64,000 bases of DNA from Macrostomum lignano (taxonomy: Eukaryota). Position 1 is the stretch's first letter; each line of letters opens with the position of its first letter. The translations under genes and the position numbers were made by a program. The notes under the pieces were generated by a model that did no database searches, was not told where the DNA came from, and was given only the letters and a program-made list of their open reading frames with translations. The stretch lies in assembly GCA_002269645.1 (NCBI GenBank), contig NIVC01002363.1:1-64000 (forward strand). The letters run 5' to 3'. Shown piece by piece: positions 23,814-36,491 of the stretch.

Positions 23814-26800
23814 TTAGAACTGCTGCTGCTGTTGAAATCCCATAGGATCACAATTTGAAGTGCCAGGTACGCCCATGACAGCTGCTGAACTTTGAGTTGG
23901 CACAGACGATGAAGCTGCGGATGTAGCTGAAAATTCCGGCATAGATGTTGCACCTTTGTCCACTTCGCGTTTCTTTAAACAGGCCGCCTTCGGGTTGAGA
24001 TTGCGTTCTGGAAAGTTGGAAAAAATTTACTTACTTTTAATCCGCTGACTCCTGAGCTGAGTGGCTGTAGAATCACTGAGTTACTTTATGATGTCATCAA
24101 CGCTAAAAAAAGCGATACAATTCTAATATAAACAGTTCATAACTGACCTCGAACCTGCTGCTCCAGAGCGGTGATCACAGCTACGGCCTGTTGCAGAACA
24201 CTCAGCTTAGTCTGGGGCTTCTCGTGGTGCATATGCAGTGTGGTCATGCGGCCCAACTCTTTGAAGGCCGAATTGATGTCGCGGACTCGAACTCTGCGAT
24301 TAATATTGTTTAATTAAAGGCAAATATCGTATTTTATCTGATTTTTTATTAAGAAAAGTTATTTAATTATCTACAATAAAGATCAAACGACGCCGCAATT
24401 AATTATCTACAATAAAGATCAAACGACGCCGCAATCAATTATCTACAATAAAGATCAAACGACGCCGCAATTAATTATCTACAATAAAGATCAAACGACG
24501 CCGCAATTAATTATCTACAATAAAGATCCGACGCCGCAATTAATTATCTATAATAAAGATCAAACGACGCCGCAATTAATTATCTACAATAAAGATCAAA
24601 CGACGCCGCAATTATTTATCTATTTAAAGATCTAAAGACGCCGCAATTAATTATCTAATTAAAGATCAAACGACGCCGCAATTAATTATCTAATTGAAGA
24701 TCAAACGATGCCGCAATTAATTATCTACAATAAAGATCAAACGACGCCGCAATTAATTATCTACAATAAATATCAAACGACGCCGCAATTAATTATCTAA
24801 TTGAAGATCAAACGATGCCGCCACCACCCCGCTCACCTCTCTCTGGCATTATTGGCGTGCCGCCTGGCGGACTCCCTGACCAGCCTCTGTCCGGGACTCA
24901 AACCGGCCAAATCCGAACTGTCGCCGTCGCTGTCCCCGCCGGTGCCGAAGTCAAAGTTACTGTCTCCGCCGCCGGCGCCGCCGCCGAAGCAGAACTCGGC
25001 AAAGTCGTCCATGCTGCCAACGCCACTGCCGGCAAGACTGGAAGGCGCCGCCACTGAAGCTGCACCTGTGGGCACTTCGGAGGCAGCGACCGACGCTGTC
25101 GTTGCCATCGGTGCGCCGGCTGTCGCGCGCTGTCTCGACGCGGCCGTTCGCTTCTTCTTAGTAGAAGATTTCTGCTGCTGCTGCCCAGCAACCGTTGCTA
25201 AGGAAGCCGCCGATGGCATAGATACGCCATCGATTTCGTCGGATCCGGGCAGGCTCACAGCCTGAGCTTTTACTACACGTGAGAGCGGGTTAGCCTGCGG
25301 CTGTCCGGCTGGCATAGCAACGGTTGCTACGGACAGGGGAGCCGACAGAGCAGGCAGTTCCAGCGGCTGCTCTTTGACCTGCTGGAAAGTTTTGATGGAT
25401 GGGGAAAATTAAGGATAATCGCTGGGGGAATGAAAATCCCGTCTGTGAAGTACAAACGATATTTTTCCCGATTTAGAGTCCTCAATCTTAGGTATCTTGA
25501 GGTATCAACATACGAGCTACTTTGTTAACTCATAAAGGGAGTAACTCTGAAAGGGATTCAACTGATAAAGGAGGTCAACTGATACAGGAGTCTACTGATA
25601 GAGTGGGTCAACTCAGCGAGGGTCAACTGATAGAGGGGGTCACTTCATAGCGAAGTCAAAACATTGGGGTGGTCAACAACTCATAGAGGAGTGGTCAATG
25701 ATTAGAGGGGGTAGGGAATCAACTAACAGGGGGTCAACTAAGCGACGTTAAATCACGGAGGGGGTCAACAACTTATAGGGAGGTCAACTCCAAGAGGGTT
25801 CAACTGAGGGGATTGACTCACAGAGGGAGTCAACACAGAGTTCAAGTCACATTCGCTAAAAGATATCATTTTAAGTAGCCAAACCTGAAAAGTCGGACAG
25901 CCAACAAAATCTGTGCCGGCAGAATTGGCTACGGCCGAGGCCGCTGCGGCATTGGCGGGCGAGACAGCGGCACCAGGGTTCAGTTTGTCCGACATGCCGA
26001 TTGAAGCAGCCTGCGGCAGATTTTTGATTGGGCGACGGTCGAAATGATTTGGTCAATCCTTTACTGCCCAAATCTTTGAATTGACCTTTTTACGACAGCA
26101 CATCTAACTGCAGCATAAGTTGACCCCTCTACGAGTGACCCCTATACTAGTTGACCTCTACGAGTTGACACCTTCTAAGAGCTGACCTCCTCTGCGAGTT
26201 GACCCCTCTGCGAGCTGACCCCCTTCGCGAGTTGACCCCCTCTGCGAGTTAAACCCCTCTGCGAGTTGACCCTCTCTACGAGTTGACCCCCTCTACGAGT
26301 TGACCCCCTCTGCGAATTGACTCCCTCTACGAGTTGACCCCCTCTAAGAGTTGACCCCCTGTACGAGTTGACCTCCTGTACGAGTTGACCCCCTTTACGA
26401 GTTGACCCCCTCTACGAGTTGACCCCTCTACGAGTTGACCCCCTCTGCGAATTGACTCCATCTATGAGTTGACCCCCCTCTACGAGTTGACCCCCTGTAC
26501 GAGTTGACCCCTTCTACGAGTTGACCCCTTCTACGAGTTGACCCCTTCTACCAGTTGACCCCTTTGCGAGTTGACCCCCTCTGCGATTTGACCCCCTCTG
26601 GGGGTTGACCCCGAAACAAGTTGACCCCTCTGGGGGTTGACCCTGAAACGAGTTGACCCCCTCTTTGGGTTGACCCCCTCTGTGGGTTGACCCCAAAACG
26701 AGTTGACCTATTCTACAAGTTGACCCCTCTACGAGTTGACCCCCTCTGCGAGTTGACCCCATCTACGATTTGACCCATTTATGAGCTGACCCCTAACGAA

Positions 26801-28831
26801 TTTTTTTCGAGTTGACTTGCCCTCACTTTTGTCCAGAGAATCGTCCAGCCCAATACCCCAAAAATAATTCATTCAATTAAACAAAACTCTCACAGAACTC
26901 GCAGAATAGACACTAGCAGCAACAGGCTGGCAGTCCATCTTTAAGCTGGCATGCTGCTGCGGCAAACTTGTAGCAAACCCGCTCGTTGCCATGGTAGACA
27001 TCGGTGCGCCCCAGGCTGGAGCGGCAGCGCTGGCGGACGGAGGTGGCGGATAAGCGGCAGGCCCAGCCGAGGACAGATGGTGCGGCTGCTGCAACGGCTG
27101 CTCCAGCTGATAGCCTACCGAGGCCTGATGCTGCTGCTGATGATGATACTGCTGATAATAGGGATGCTGGACTAGCGATGGATGAAGCTCGGACGGAGAT
27201 CGCATTGATAAGTCAACTCCGGTCGCTGGGTAATAAAAATATATAATTGCTTACTGGATAAATTTGTTATAACGCTTCGCAAGCCAAATGCTGACTGGCA
27301 ACATGCTTCAAACAGTTTCCCCGCAGCCTATCCATATTCATATTTGTTGCTAAGCAATTTTCTGCCACTTCCCGTGACTTTGCGTACGGCTGTTCAGTCC
27401 AAGGACTAGGGGGGGGGGGGGGGGGGGGTCGCCACACACACCCTCAATTACCCCAGCTAATGCTGGCACCCATGGCACCCATTTTACAGCTGGGTGAGCT
27501 GAAGCAATGCAGAGTTAAGTGTCTTGCTTAAGGACACAAATTGCTTCAGTGAGATCGGGAATCGAACCCTGACCTTTCAGTCGTGAGGTCGACGCTCTAA
27601 CCATTAGGCTACAATATATTGATAAAGTAAAAAATAAAAGTACAATGCAATACATAAACATGTCTTGTTTTAATTATTGTACAAGAAGAATGGCTGGAAC
27701 TGCATTTAATCTCAACTTTAAATATTGAAATTACGGTGGAATTAAATGCTTTAAGTCTACTATAAGTAGCTGAAAAGTATGCAATAAATCATTAAAAGTC
27801 GTAACTCACGATCTAAGCCTGAAGACAAAGGAAAATGAGTCTGGCCATCCAGATGGTAGGCGCTGCCATTACCAGAGGCGCCAGGCAGAGTGTGAAGCGT
27901 CTGCTAAAATTAGATCGATTTGTTAAAATTTATAAATTGATCGAATTTAAATTAATCTACTTTAACTATGAAGAATTATTGTTGAATGATTAGCTACATA
28001 CTAACCGCGACCAAATTAGCTTAACTTGTATCTTTTTTGAACAAAATCGTCGAGCCTTCAAAGCATTTCTTAGAAACAGTTTCCATGGCAGTTGCCAGTT
28101 GCTTATAAATCTAACTAAAAAAACAATAAAATTGAACAAAATTTGCTTACCTTGGAGTTCAACAATAAATCAGCTGACGGATTAGAATCTGAAAAACAAC
28201 CACGATTAATATTAATGCACGGCTTAAATAAAGTACATCACAACAGAAATGGCTGGCTGTTAGCACTTCACTCACGAGTAGGAGGCGGCAGTGCATCTTG
28301 GTTACCGGGGTCGCAAACAGAGAAATAGCCAGAATTTGATGAGGAAACTGGCGGATAAGGCATAGCCTGCTGTTGATGATGCTGCAGCTGATGAAGCGGC
28401 TGCGACGGAGGCTGGGCTAGTTGCTGTTGGGCACCATAGGCTCCAGTTTCCATGGAGCTGAAATATGACCAATCTGAAATGACCAGAAGTAAGTAGTTAT
28501 AAGCAGTTGCATTATTTCTTGTTTTGTTAAGCATAAGCACCTCTATCTTCGCTATTAACATGCAGGTTAGCACAACTCACCAGCAAATGGAGTGGCAGAC
28601 TGCTGGTAGGGGACCAGCGGATCCTGCAGGTAATTTTTGCCATAATCGGCAGAGTAGAATGGAAACCCCAGCTGGCCAGCTGAGGACGGCTGCAAACCAG
28701 TCTGAAAAAAATAGACAAAAAATCAATTTTAATGCTATGACTATGGAAAAACAAACATTTTACATTATCATACAACTTACAGGGTCATAAGATGCATGCT
28801 GGAATCCATTGTAATCAATGCCTTTATCCAT
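23814..28831 (-). CDS. da: Class I bHLH E-protein (daughterless / TCF3-TCF4-TCF12 type), 8 coding exons, 569 aa
   Basis: Exons 28831-28781, 28701-28581, 28473-28276, 27225-26894, 26010-25885, 25378-24837, 24293-24148, 24007-23814 total 1710 nt with consistent phases. bHLH reads [11 protein letters not shown]|[16 protein letters not shown]...[24 protein letters not shown]|[15 protein letters not shown], the diagnostic E-protein signature. An in-frame TGA lies shortly upstream of the ATG. Confidence 0.95.
24363..24820. repeat. 36-bp minisatellite (CAATTAATTATCTACAATAAAGATCAAACGACGCCG)n, ~12-13 units
   Basis: Contiguous units with no spacers, inside intron 24294-24836. Confidence 0.92.
25525..25845 (+). 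repeat. Degenerate ~17-bp array (AACTCATAGAGGGGGTC-like)
   Basis: Repeated AGGGGGTCAACT cores; reverse complement of the 26118-26815 array. Confidence 0.7.
26118..26815 (-). repeat. ~17-bp array (GAGTTGACCCCCTCTAC)n
   Basis: Tandem units with variable C-run length. Confidence 0.9.
27382..27612 (-). mobile_element. tRNA-derived SINE (second copy at 41876-42095)
   Basis: Minus strand: A-box TAGCCTAATGG, B-box GGTTCGATTCC, central GTGTCCTTAAGCAAGACACTTAAC and CACCCAGCTGTAAAATGGG, as in conserved-core SINEs. Confidence 0.85.
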
Positions 28832-29309
28832 TGGAGTGAGCAGTCACAATATGAGCATAAAAATTAGAATGGAATTTAGAATATTGACGATCTATGTTAC
28901 ATAGCAATCCAGATTTTTTTATAAACTTAAACTAAGAATTATGACTTAGGCCTATTTACAAGCGTAGGAGAGGGTTTAAACAAGTAAACAAGTATACAAG
29001 TTATCAGTTTTAACAATTTATAATAGTCAATAGTAGTATTAAAGTTATATGAATATATGTTAAAATTACAAATTGTTAAAATAAATATATAAGAAACAAG
29101 CTAATTAGACCTTAGGAGTTAGGCCCCAATCTATAGGAAAAAAATATGACAGGAATTTCTCTTATACATTGGCCTTTTGTGTTATACATACTATTATTTA
29201 CATTCAATTAATAGCCATTGAACCATCAACCTACTAATTTACACTTGTCTGCAACAAAGATTGTTATATACCAGTAGTATATTTTATTTATAACCACAAA
29301 TGCTTAGCC

Positions 29310-29687
29310 CAAGGGTCAGCACATTCTGGCCTGTGGACCACATGCAGCCCACAAAGCCTCTCTATCCAGCCCTCAAGTCTTTTGAAACTTCACAATAGCA
29401 ATTCAGCCCACTTTAGGTTTGTGTCTCTTTGCAGCTTTCTTCTCTCACCTCTCTTCTGATTTTATCTTATAATCTCCATTCTCCTCTTCCTCTCCTCCCA
29501 TTTCCCCTTGCCTCTCTCCCTCTACTCTCAGACTCTTATCTTTCTTCTCTTCTCTCCTCTCCTCTCTTCTACTTTTTTCCTCACCTCTACTTTCTCATAT
29601 TTCTCTTCCCTATTCTTCAACCTATCCTTGCAGTCATGCCTTAGGTTCTTTACTTGGCCCTTAAGGTAAACAGTTTGCCAGCCATTG
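29310..29687 (-). mobile_element. hAT-type MITE with AG tract, CpG-decayed copy
   Basis: Ends CAAGGGTCAGCAC / AGTTTGCCAGCCATTG; perfect 8-bp TSD GCTTAGCC (29302-29309, 29688-29695). Confidence 0.85.
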
Positions 29688-30719
29688 GCTTAGCCCCTGT
29701 TGGAATAATGTGAAAATTGCAAATGGCCAGGTTTGTCATAGTTTTTGTATTTTTCAATATTGCAGTATAGTCAATGTGTGGCAATGAAAGAATTTTCTAT
29801 AGCACTAGAAAATTCTGAAAATAACTATTACCTAGACTGAGATATCATATTATGGCTATTATATAAATGAGATTTTGGCAAATGAGTAAGGTACTATAAA
29901 AGAATTTAAAAATTTGGAGAGTAACAGTTAAAACACTTTCTCATTTCAACTTCAATATTTACATCCCACTTTCATATAGTGTTTTATTGCTTCTATATTG
30001 TGTATTGCACATTTGGGCTATTTTTTGTGGCTTGTGTTGTGTATCTATAAAATTTTTAAACTTATTCAAATAGATACTTAGCTAAAACAATCAGTGCATT
30101 GTCAGTAGTCTTTTTAAGTATTTGAATTGCTATGAGATGAAAAAAATGACCTTATTTTTCTAATATTTAAAGTTAACAATCTCTTAATAGTCAATTAATA
30201 GTTTCAACCCTTTTTAATTCTATTTTTTAATCCTATTACTAGCCTATAGCAATGTAGAGGGGGGAGAGAATGAAGGGATGGAGGCCAAGGGCTATACAAG
30301 CCATTTAGCTAAGCAGACCTACTTTATGCTGCCCTAGCTTTAGTAAAAGCCAACCAATGAAGCCACACTGAGAGGAGAATAGGAAGGTGATGAAAGGTTT
30401 AAGGGCTATGCAAGCCATAATATATGCACTATGTGGTCTATGAATTAATCTCAATATAAGCATAGCATTTGCCTTTGTTTGTTTTAAGAGCATATGGCAA
30501 AGCCTAGTTTCTTGTCCTTTCTCACATAGATCATGCATCTAGTGTTTCCAGTGTGATTTGCAATTGGGTATACATAATCAAATGGTTGTCTTACACAAAA
30601 TTCTACATGCTCAAAAGGTGTGCAGCCACTTGAATGCATATGAACTGGCAATACAAGAACTCTAGTGCAAATGCACAGATTCCCGGCAGATGATGCAGCG
30701 GCTACTTGATAGAAAGGAT

Positions 30720-31290
30720 TTCTGGAGTTGGATTTAGAGCTTACATTATAGTGATTTGAAAGTGCGATTTGAAAGTCTGCAATGCACATTTTGACAATTC
30801 AGCTTATGGCTACCCTGCATTGCAGCATGAGGCATCTATTTGACCTGACATAAAAGCAGCTACAATGTAGGCACTGATCACCAAAGATCCACAATCAATG
30901 GTGCAAATGTTATCCAATTCTGTATGTTGAACATTCTGCACAAAAATCTCAGGCTGAGCAAGGTGTCTGTCCAGTGGGTGCCTCATTACCTGACTGAAGT
31001 ACAGAAGTAAGCTTGGGCTGATTAGTGCTAAGCCCAGCTGGACAGATTTGACAAAGGCAGGTCAACAAGCACCTGAGAAGTCATCAGTAAAGACAAGACT
31101 TGGGAGTATAGCTTTGACCCTGAAAGTAAGCAGCAGTCATTGCAATGGGTCCTTGTAGGAATCAGCCTGCCTTCAAAATTGGTCACTAATTGGTCACCAC
31201 TAGAAGCATCACAAACCAGATGAAAGATGCCCTAAGATGCAATATTGGGGCTCCTACTCCACTAGGACAATGCCCTTGCCCACACAGTAT
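30720..31290 (+). pseudogene. Mariner (Tc1/mariner) transposase relic with stops and deletions
   Basis: Translates as FRAYII..., ILHKNLRLSKVSVQWVPHYLTEVQK*, DKTWEYSFDPESKQQSLQW, LLLH*DNALAHT, i.e. the WVPHxL, DETW/YDPE and HDNA mariner motifs. Confidence 0.85.
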
Positions 31291-31362
31291 GAATGCATAA
31301 AAGCAGAATAATTCTATATAATAATTACTAAAGTCCCAAGGTACTTCTCATAGACAATCACC

Positions 31363-31854
31363 TAGTGATGGATTGAAATTTGATTTTGATTTCAATATTC
31401 CGAATTTTGAAACTAATTTTGCATCGAAATAATTTTGATTTTGATTTTGAATTTCCACACCATTCATCGAAAATCATTTCGAAATTTTGGTTATATTTTA
31501 ACAATTTAGACATTGATGATCATGCTAGACGAGTAAGAAAATCTATAGGAAGTGAAAGGAAGCGCGGTTCAAAGACTCAGTAGGGAGGTGAGAATCGCCT
31601 TTTCTATAAGAAAAGATTGTGCAAGGCACACACTGTTCCAGGCCTTGTGCTACACCCACCTCAACCTCCACAAGCCCACTGGCTCATACATGCAGAGGCA
31701 AGGTGTTAACCTTTTTGCATGATTAGCAAAAAAGTAAAAAAAAATTGTTAAGCTCAAAAAAATTCAATTTTGATTTCAATTTCAATTTTGATTTTGATTC
31801 TAATGAACCAAAAATTTCGATTTTGATTTGAAAAATAATTTTGATCCATCACTA
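31363..31854. mobile_element. hAT-type MITE
   Basis: TIR TAGTGATGGAT / ATCCATCACTA, TTTTGA subterminal repeats, perfect 8-bp TSD CAATCACC. Confidence 0.9.
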
Positions 31855-31965
31855 CAATCACCATGGATATATAGGTAATGGGATTAGAGAGGGTACATAC
31901 AGCTAGGTTAATATATATAACATACAGCTAGGGTACATACAGCTAGGTGAAATTATGATACATAT

Positions 31966-32606
31966 TAGTGTTCCACTGTAAGGAAGGTCCATGTGCCATA
32001 GCCATAGCCATAAGCAAAACTACAGCTTATTCTAATTCTCCATATTCCATAGCCATAGAGACCCCAATATTACCATATTCCTGTAATTCCCATTGCTATA
32101 GTTTTAACAAAGTCTAGGAAAAAATATTTTGAATTAGAAAGATAACCTAGTGCTTAAACAACTGCAAATTAAGGTAAAAAATAAAACAAACACTTGATTG
32201 CCTTTGTAAGATTATATTTAATCTTTTTACAAAGAGTAACAATACTTAATCATTACTAAAAGTACTATTGATGAACTTTTTCATATTAATAAAAGTTAGA
32301 GTTTGCTAATGTTTTATTATACTTTATTAGGTATAAATTATAAGTTTCTAAGTCCATAATATAGTTTACCAAAGTATCTTTGTTTTACTCTACCTGTTTC
32401 TAATATTTAAAAAAAAATTAAATTAATAAGTATGGCTATAGGAATCTATAGAATATGATAGCAACTGAGCAACTACCATATTTCTATAGTCATAGCTATA
32501 TAAGAAGCTATCTACCATAGGCATATCCATAGTTGCCATAGGCACTTATTTTACCATATTTGCTATAGGATCCTATAGCAATAGCCATAGCTATGGTGAA
32601 ACATTA
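31966..32606. mobile_element. MITE (TAGTGTTCCAC TIR family; uninterrupted relative of 35083-38338)
   Basis: Ends TAGTGTTCCAC / GTGAAACATTA; CCATAG subterminal repeats; internally collinear with the 35083 copy; no TSD recognised. Confidence 0.75.
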
Positions 32607-32904
32607 GTTTTTTAGCAAAATGTATATACAAAAACAATTTAAATATTAATTAGATTAGGAGAAAATTGGCAATTGTTATTTGTCCAGTGACCAGATGAAT
32701 AGCAATGTGTTTTATTTGTCTGGATACTGAATAATGACCATGCTTTCTTATTTATCTCTACATATAAAAATCAAAATCTGGTTAATATAGGACAAAATAG
32801 CATTTTGTTATTTGTTTGGTTAAATTCAAAATGCTAAAATATCTATTTTATAGAAACTACAAAGGGGAATATTCCTAGACTTTAAAGACTTCTTACTCAT
32901 ATCT

Positions 32905-34600
32905 TTAACAGTAGGAATACCAAGCCATTTTTCCGCCCGTCGAACTAGCAAGGGGGGGGGGAAATTTCCCCCCCCTGACAATTTTTTTTGCTGCGCCGGA
33001 ACGGAGCAACGCAGACACACAAAATTCAAGAACATGGGCTAACTTTTTGTTGCGCACCTTCTCAAACAAGAATCAAGTCGCCAGCCCTCCGGACCGTCGA
33101 GATATTCGACGATTCTGCCAGAAGGTCGGATTTTTCCCATAAGCGCTAGTGTATTCAGTACACCCCTGTGCGCCAATCAGCACTGCGCCTCAGTGCAGCC
33201 TTGCCAAGTCTCCAAATTTCATCAGCACGTCGACCACATGTGTCTGCATCAGCTCTGACTTCGTTGGTCACTAGCCTTCACCCAGGCGGAGCTTCTGGAC
33301 CTTCAACAGGTGGCACCAAGTGACTATGGACACTCTGATACGAATTTCTCGAGTTTTGCTGATCAAGCCTCGACAGTGGGCATACCTCAACTGCTAGGTA
33401 TCCTCAGCTAGTCTCTCGAGCCTTCCATCATCACCCCGACGCCGTCGGCACCTTCAACGGATTACACCAGGTGACTATGAACATCCTATTGCAAATATGT
33501 CAGGTTTTTCTGATCAAGCTTCAATATTGGGCAAACATCAACTGCTGGACATCCTCAGCTAGTCTCTCAAGCATTCCGCCATCATCCTGTCACCTGTCAC
33601 CTGTTGTAATCTGTTGAAGGAGCCGACGGCGTCGGGATGATGACGGAATGCTTGAGAGACTAGCTGAGGATGTCCAGCAGTTGAGGTTTGCCCAATATTG
33701 AAGCTTGATCAGAAAAACCTGACATATTTGCAATAGGATGTTCATAGTCACCTGTTGTAATCTGTTGAAAGAGCCGACGGCGTCGGGATGATGACGGAAT
33801 GCTTGAGAGACTAGCTGAGGGTGTCCGGCAGTTGAGGCTTGCCTACTGTCGAGGCTTGATCGGTGAAACTCGAGAAGTTCGCATCAAGGTGTTCATAGTC
33901 GCCTGGTGTCATCTGTTGAACGTGCCGACGGCGTCGGGGTGATGACGGAATGCTTGAGAGACTAGCTGAAGATGTTCCGCGGTTGAGGCTTGCCCATTGG
34001 CAACGCTTGATCAGCGAAACTAGAGAAATTTGCATCAGGGTGTTCATAGTCACCTGGTGTAATCCGTTGAAGGTGCCGACGGCGTCGGGGTGATGATGGA
34101 AGGCTCGAGAGACTAGCTGAGGATACCTAGCAGTTGAGGTATGCCCACTGTCGAGGCTTGATCAGCAAAACTCGAGAAATTCGTATCAGAGTGTCCATAG
34201 TCACTTGGTGCCACCTGTTGAAGGTCCAGAAGCTCCGCCTGGGTGAAGGCTAGTGACCAACGAAGTCAGAGCTGATGCAGACACATGTGGTCGACGTGCT
34301 GATGAAATTTGGAGACTTGGCAAGGCTGCACTGAGGCGCAGTGCTGATTGGTGCACAGGGGTGTACTGAATACACTAGTGCTTATGGGAAAAATCCGACC
34401 TTCTGGCAGAATTGTCGAATATCTCGACGGTCCGGAGGGCTGGCGACTTGATTCTTGTTTGAGAAGTTGCGCAACAAAAAGTTAGCCCGTGTTCTTGAAT
34501 TTTGAATTTTGTGTGTCTGCGTTGCTCCGTTTCGGCGCAGCAAAAAAGATTGTCGGGGGGGGGGGGAATTCCCCCCCCCCTTGGTAGTTCTACTGTTAAT
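32905..34600. mobile_element. Foldback-like element: ~540-bp near-perfect inverted arms plus internal ~150-bp subrepeats
   Basis: 32941-33482 is the reverse complement of 34041-34590. There are 2 subrepeat units on the left and 4 on the right of a centre near 33595. Confidence 0.88.
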
Positions 34601-35193
34601 ATGTTGTTATACTGGTGTGTATTATTAAATTATGGTTATGCCAAATTGAATTATAGGCCTACACTGCTTTGCTTACTAGTATACAACAAAATATTAATCA
34701 GTATAAAAAATGTCTTAAAAATCTAGAATATTCATCATAAAACAAATAGATGCTAGTATTAATAATTTAACTAGACAAATAGCAAAAAGGCTATTTGTCC
34801 AATCACCAGACAAATAACAACTGCCAAGAAAAGTAGGCTAACCTAAAGTTAGGCCCCAATAAATTTTCTTTAAAAACAAAACTATATCATTTATAAAGCA
34901 TTATACTAATATTAAACTTTAAAAAATCTAAACTTTTTTTTAGGTATTTGGAATGGAAAGCTATAGCATAGGTCCAATGGAAAAACTTTTTAGATCTATT
35001 CCTCCTCTCTACTTAAAAAATCCTAGATGTCCACTACTGTTTTCTAGTGCTATTATGGCATCTTTCTAGAGTAAATTATGGCTAGTGTTCTACTGTAAGG
35101 AGGGTCTATGTACTGTAGCCATAGCCAAAAGCAAAACTACAGCTTATTCCAATTCTCTATATTCCATAGCCATAGGGACCCCAATATTACCAT

Positions 35194-36491
35194 CAGTGTT
35201 GGGCAAGTTACTCAAAAAAAGTAACTTGCGTTACTGTAACTTAAGTTACCACTTTTTAAAAAGTAACTTACGTTAGCCTAGTAACTTTATACAAAAACCC
35301 GGTAACTTTTAAGTTACTTCCGTTACTTACTTCCGTTACCTACCCTGGTATGTTTATTAACAAAATTTTCTGCTTTTTTTAACATTGCAAATGCGCTGGA
35401 ACAACACAAATGATCGCGAAAGCCAGGAGGAAGAATAAAACAACATTAATTTCAGTAACTGTATTAAATTTTAATCACTTTAGGCCCTTTCCGTAAAAAG
35501 AAGAGAAGCTGAAGGTCAGAAACGTTAAAGGCAAAACGCAATTAAATTTTTAATAACATTATAAGTTATAATACACAAGGACAACTTAACGTAACTTCAG
35601 TTGTCCTTGATAATACATCGCTCGTAATAAGTACCTGGCTTTACTCCACTCTATAGTCTGCTTTACTAGTCTTTTTATTTATTTTCAATTATCATAATAT
35701 TAAATTATTGTGCAGTGCAGTGCCAGTGGACTTTAGTGGTGTAGCCAGGGAGGCCGCCTTAACAATCGTTGGGGCGGCAACTTCACCCCACCTGCAAGGT
35801 ACACCCCACCTGGGGGGTGGGGTTGGGCGTGGCGGGTACCAAAACCATGAGGCGATTGAGTGCCTGCAGCGCTTAAATGAGTGCCTGCGGCGCTTAAATG
35901 AGTGCCTGCGGCGCTTAAATGAGTGCTTGCGGCGCTTAAATGAGTGCTTGCGGCGCTAAAATGAGTGCCTGCGGCGCTAAAAGTGGCAATGGCATGAGGC
36001 ATGGCCAGCCAGGCCAACCCAGCCCCCCCCCCATTAAAATTCCTGGCTACGTCGATCACTGAGTGGATTTGTGGAGACTACAGATGAATTTATTTCTTTG
36101 GTTGTTTGTTTCTAAGAACTAAACAAAATATTTTTATTAACTTAAAAATGAAAAGCAAAAATATTTTACCGAAAATAACAAAGTAAAAACATGTTTCAAG
36201 TATTTCTTTATTAATTACAGCGTAATACCGTATGATATTATTCACTTAGTTTTGAATTTAGGAATGAAAAATGCTAAAAATGTGACAACTGGAGTAATAG
36301 CTAAGCATATCAGTTTTAAATTTAAATATTGCGATTGTTGCAAAGTAACTGTAACGGACTTCCGAAATTTGAGTAACTTACCGTTACTCTGTTACCAAAA
36401 TAGGAAAGTAACTTGCGTAAGGAACGCTTTACGAAAAAGTAACTTGCGTTACCATTTACAAGTTACTCGGTAACGGAAGTGCCCAACACTA
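35194..36491. mobile_element. Nested hAT-type MITE
   Basis: TIR CAGTGTTGGGCA / TGCCCAACACTA, GTAAC/GTTAC subterminal repeats, perfect 8-bp TSD ATTACCAT. Confidence 0.9.
35734..36061. mobile_element. Third-level nested MITE with a 21-bp internal repeat (GAGTGCCTGCGGCGCTTAAAT)
   Basis: Ends TAGTGGTGTAGCCAGG / CCTGGCTACGTCGATCACTG; near-duplicated flanks AGTGGACTT / AGTGGATTT. Confidence 0.7.

Noticed and set aside
24363-24820. 36-bp repeat as a CRISPR array
   Set aside because: Units are contiguous with no unique spacers, the array lies in a spliceosomal intron, and there are no cas genes.
30484-30789. Possible extra upstream E-protein exon on the minus strand
   Set aside because: The plus strand here is the N-terminus of the mariner relic, and the ATG at 28831 already has an in-frame stop just upstream.
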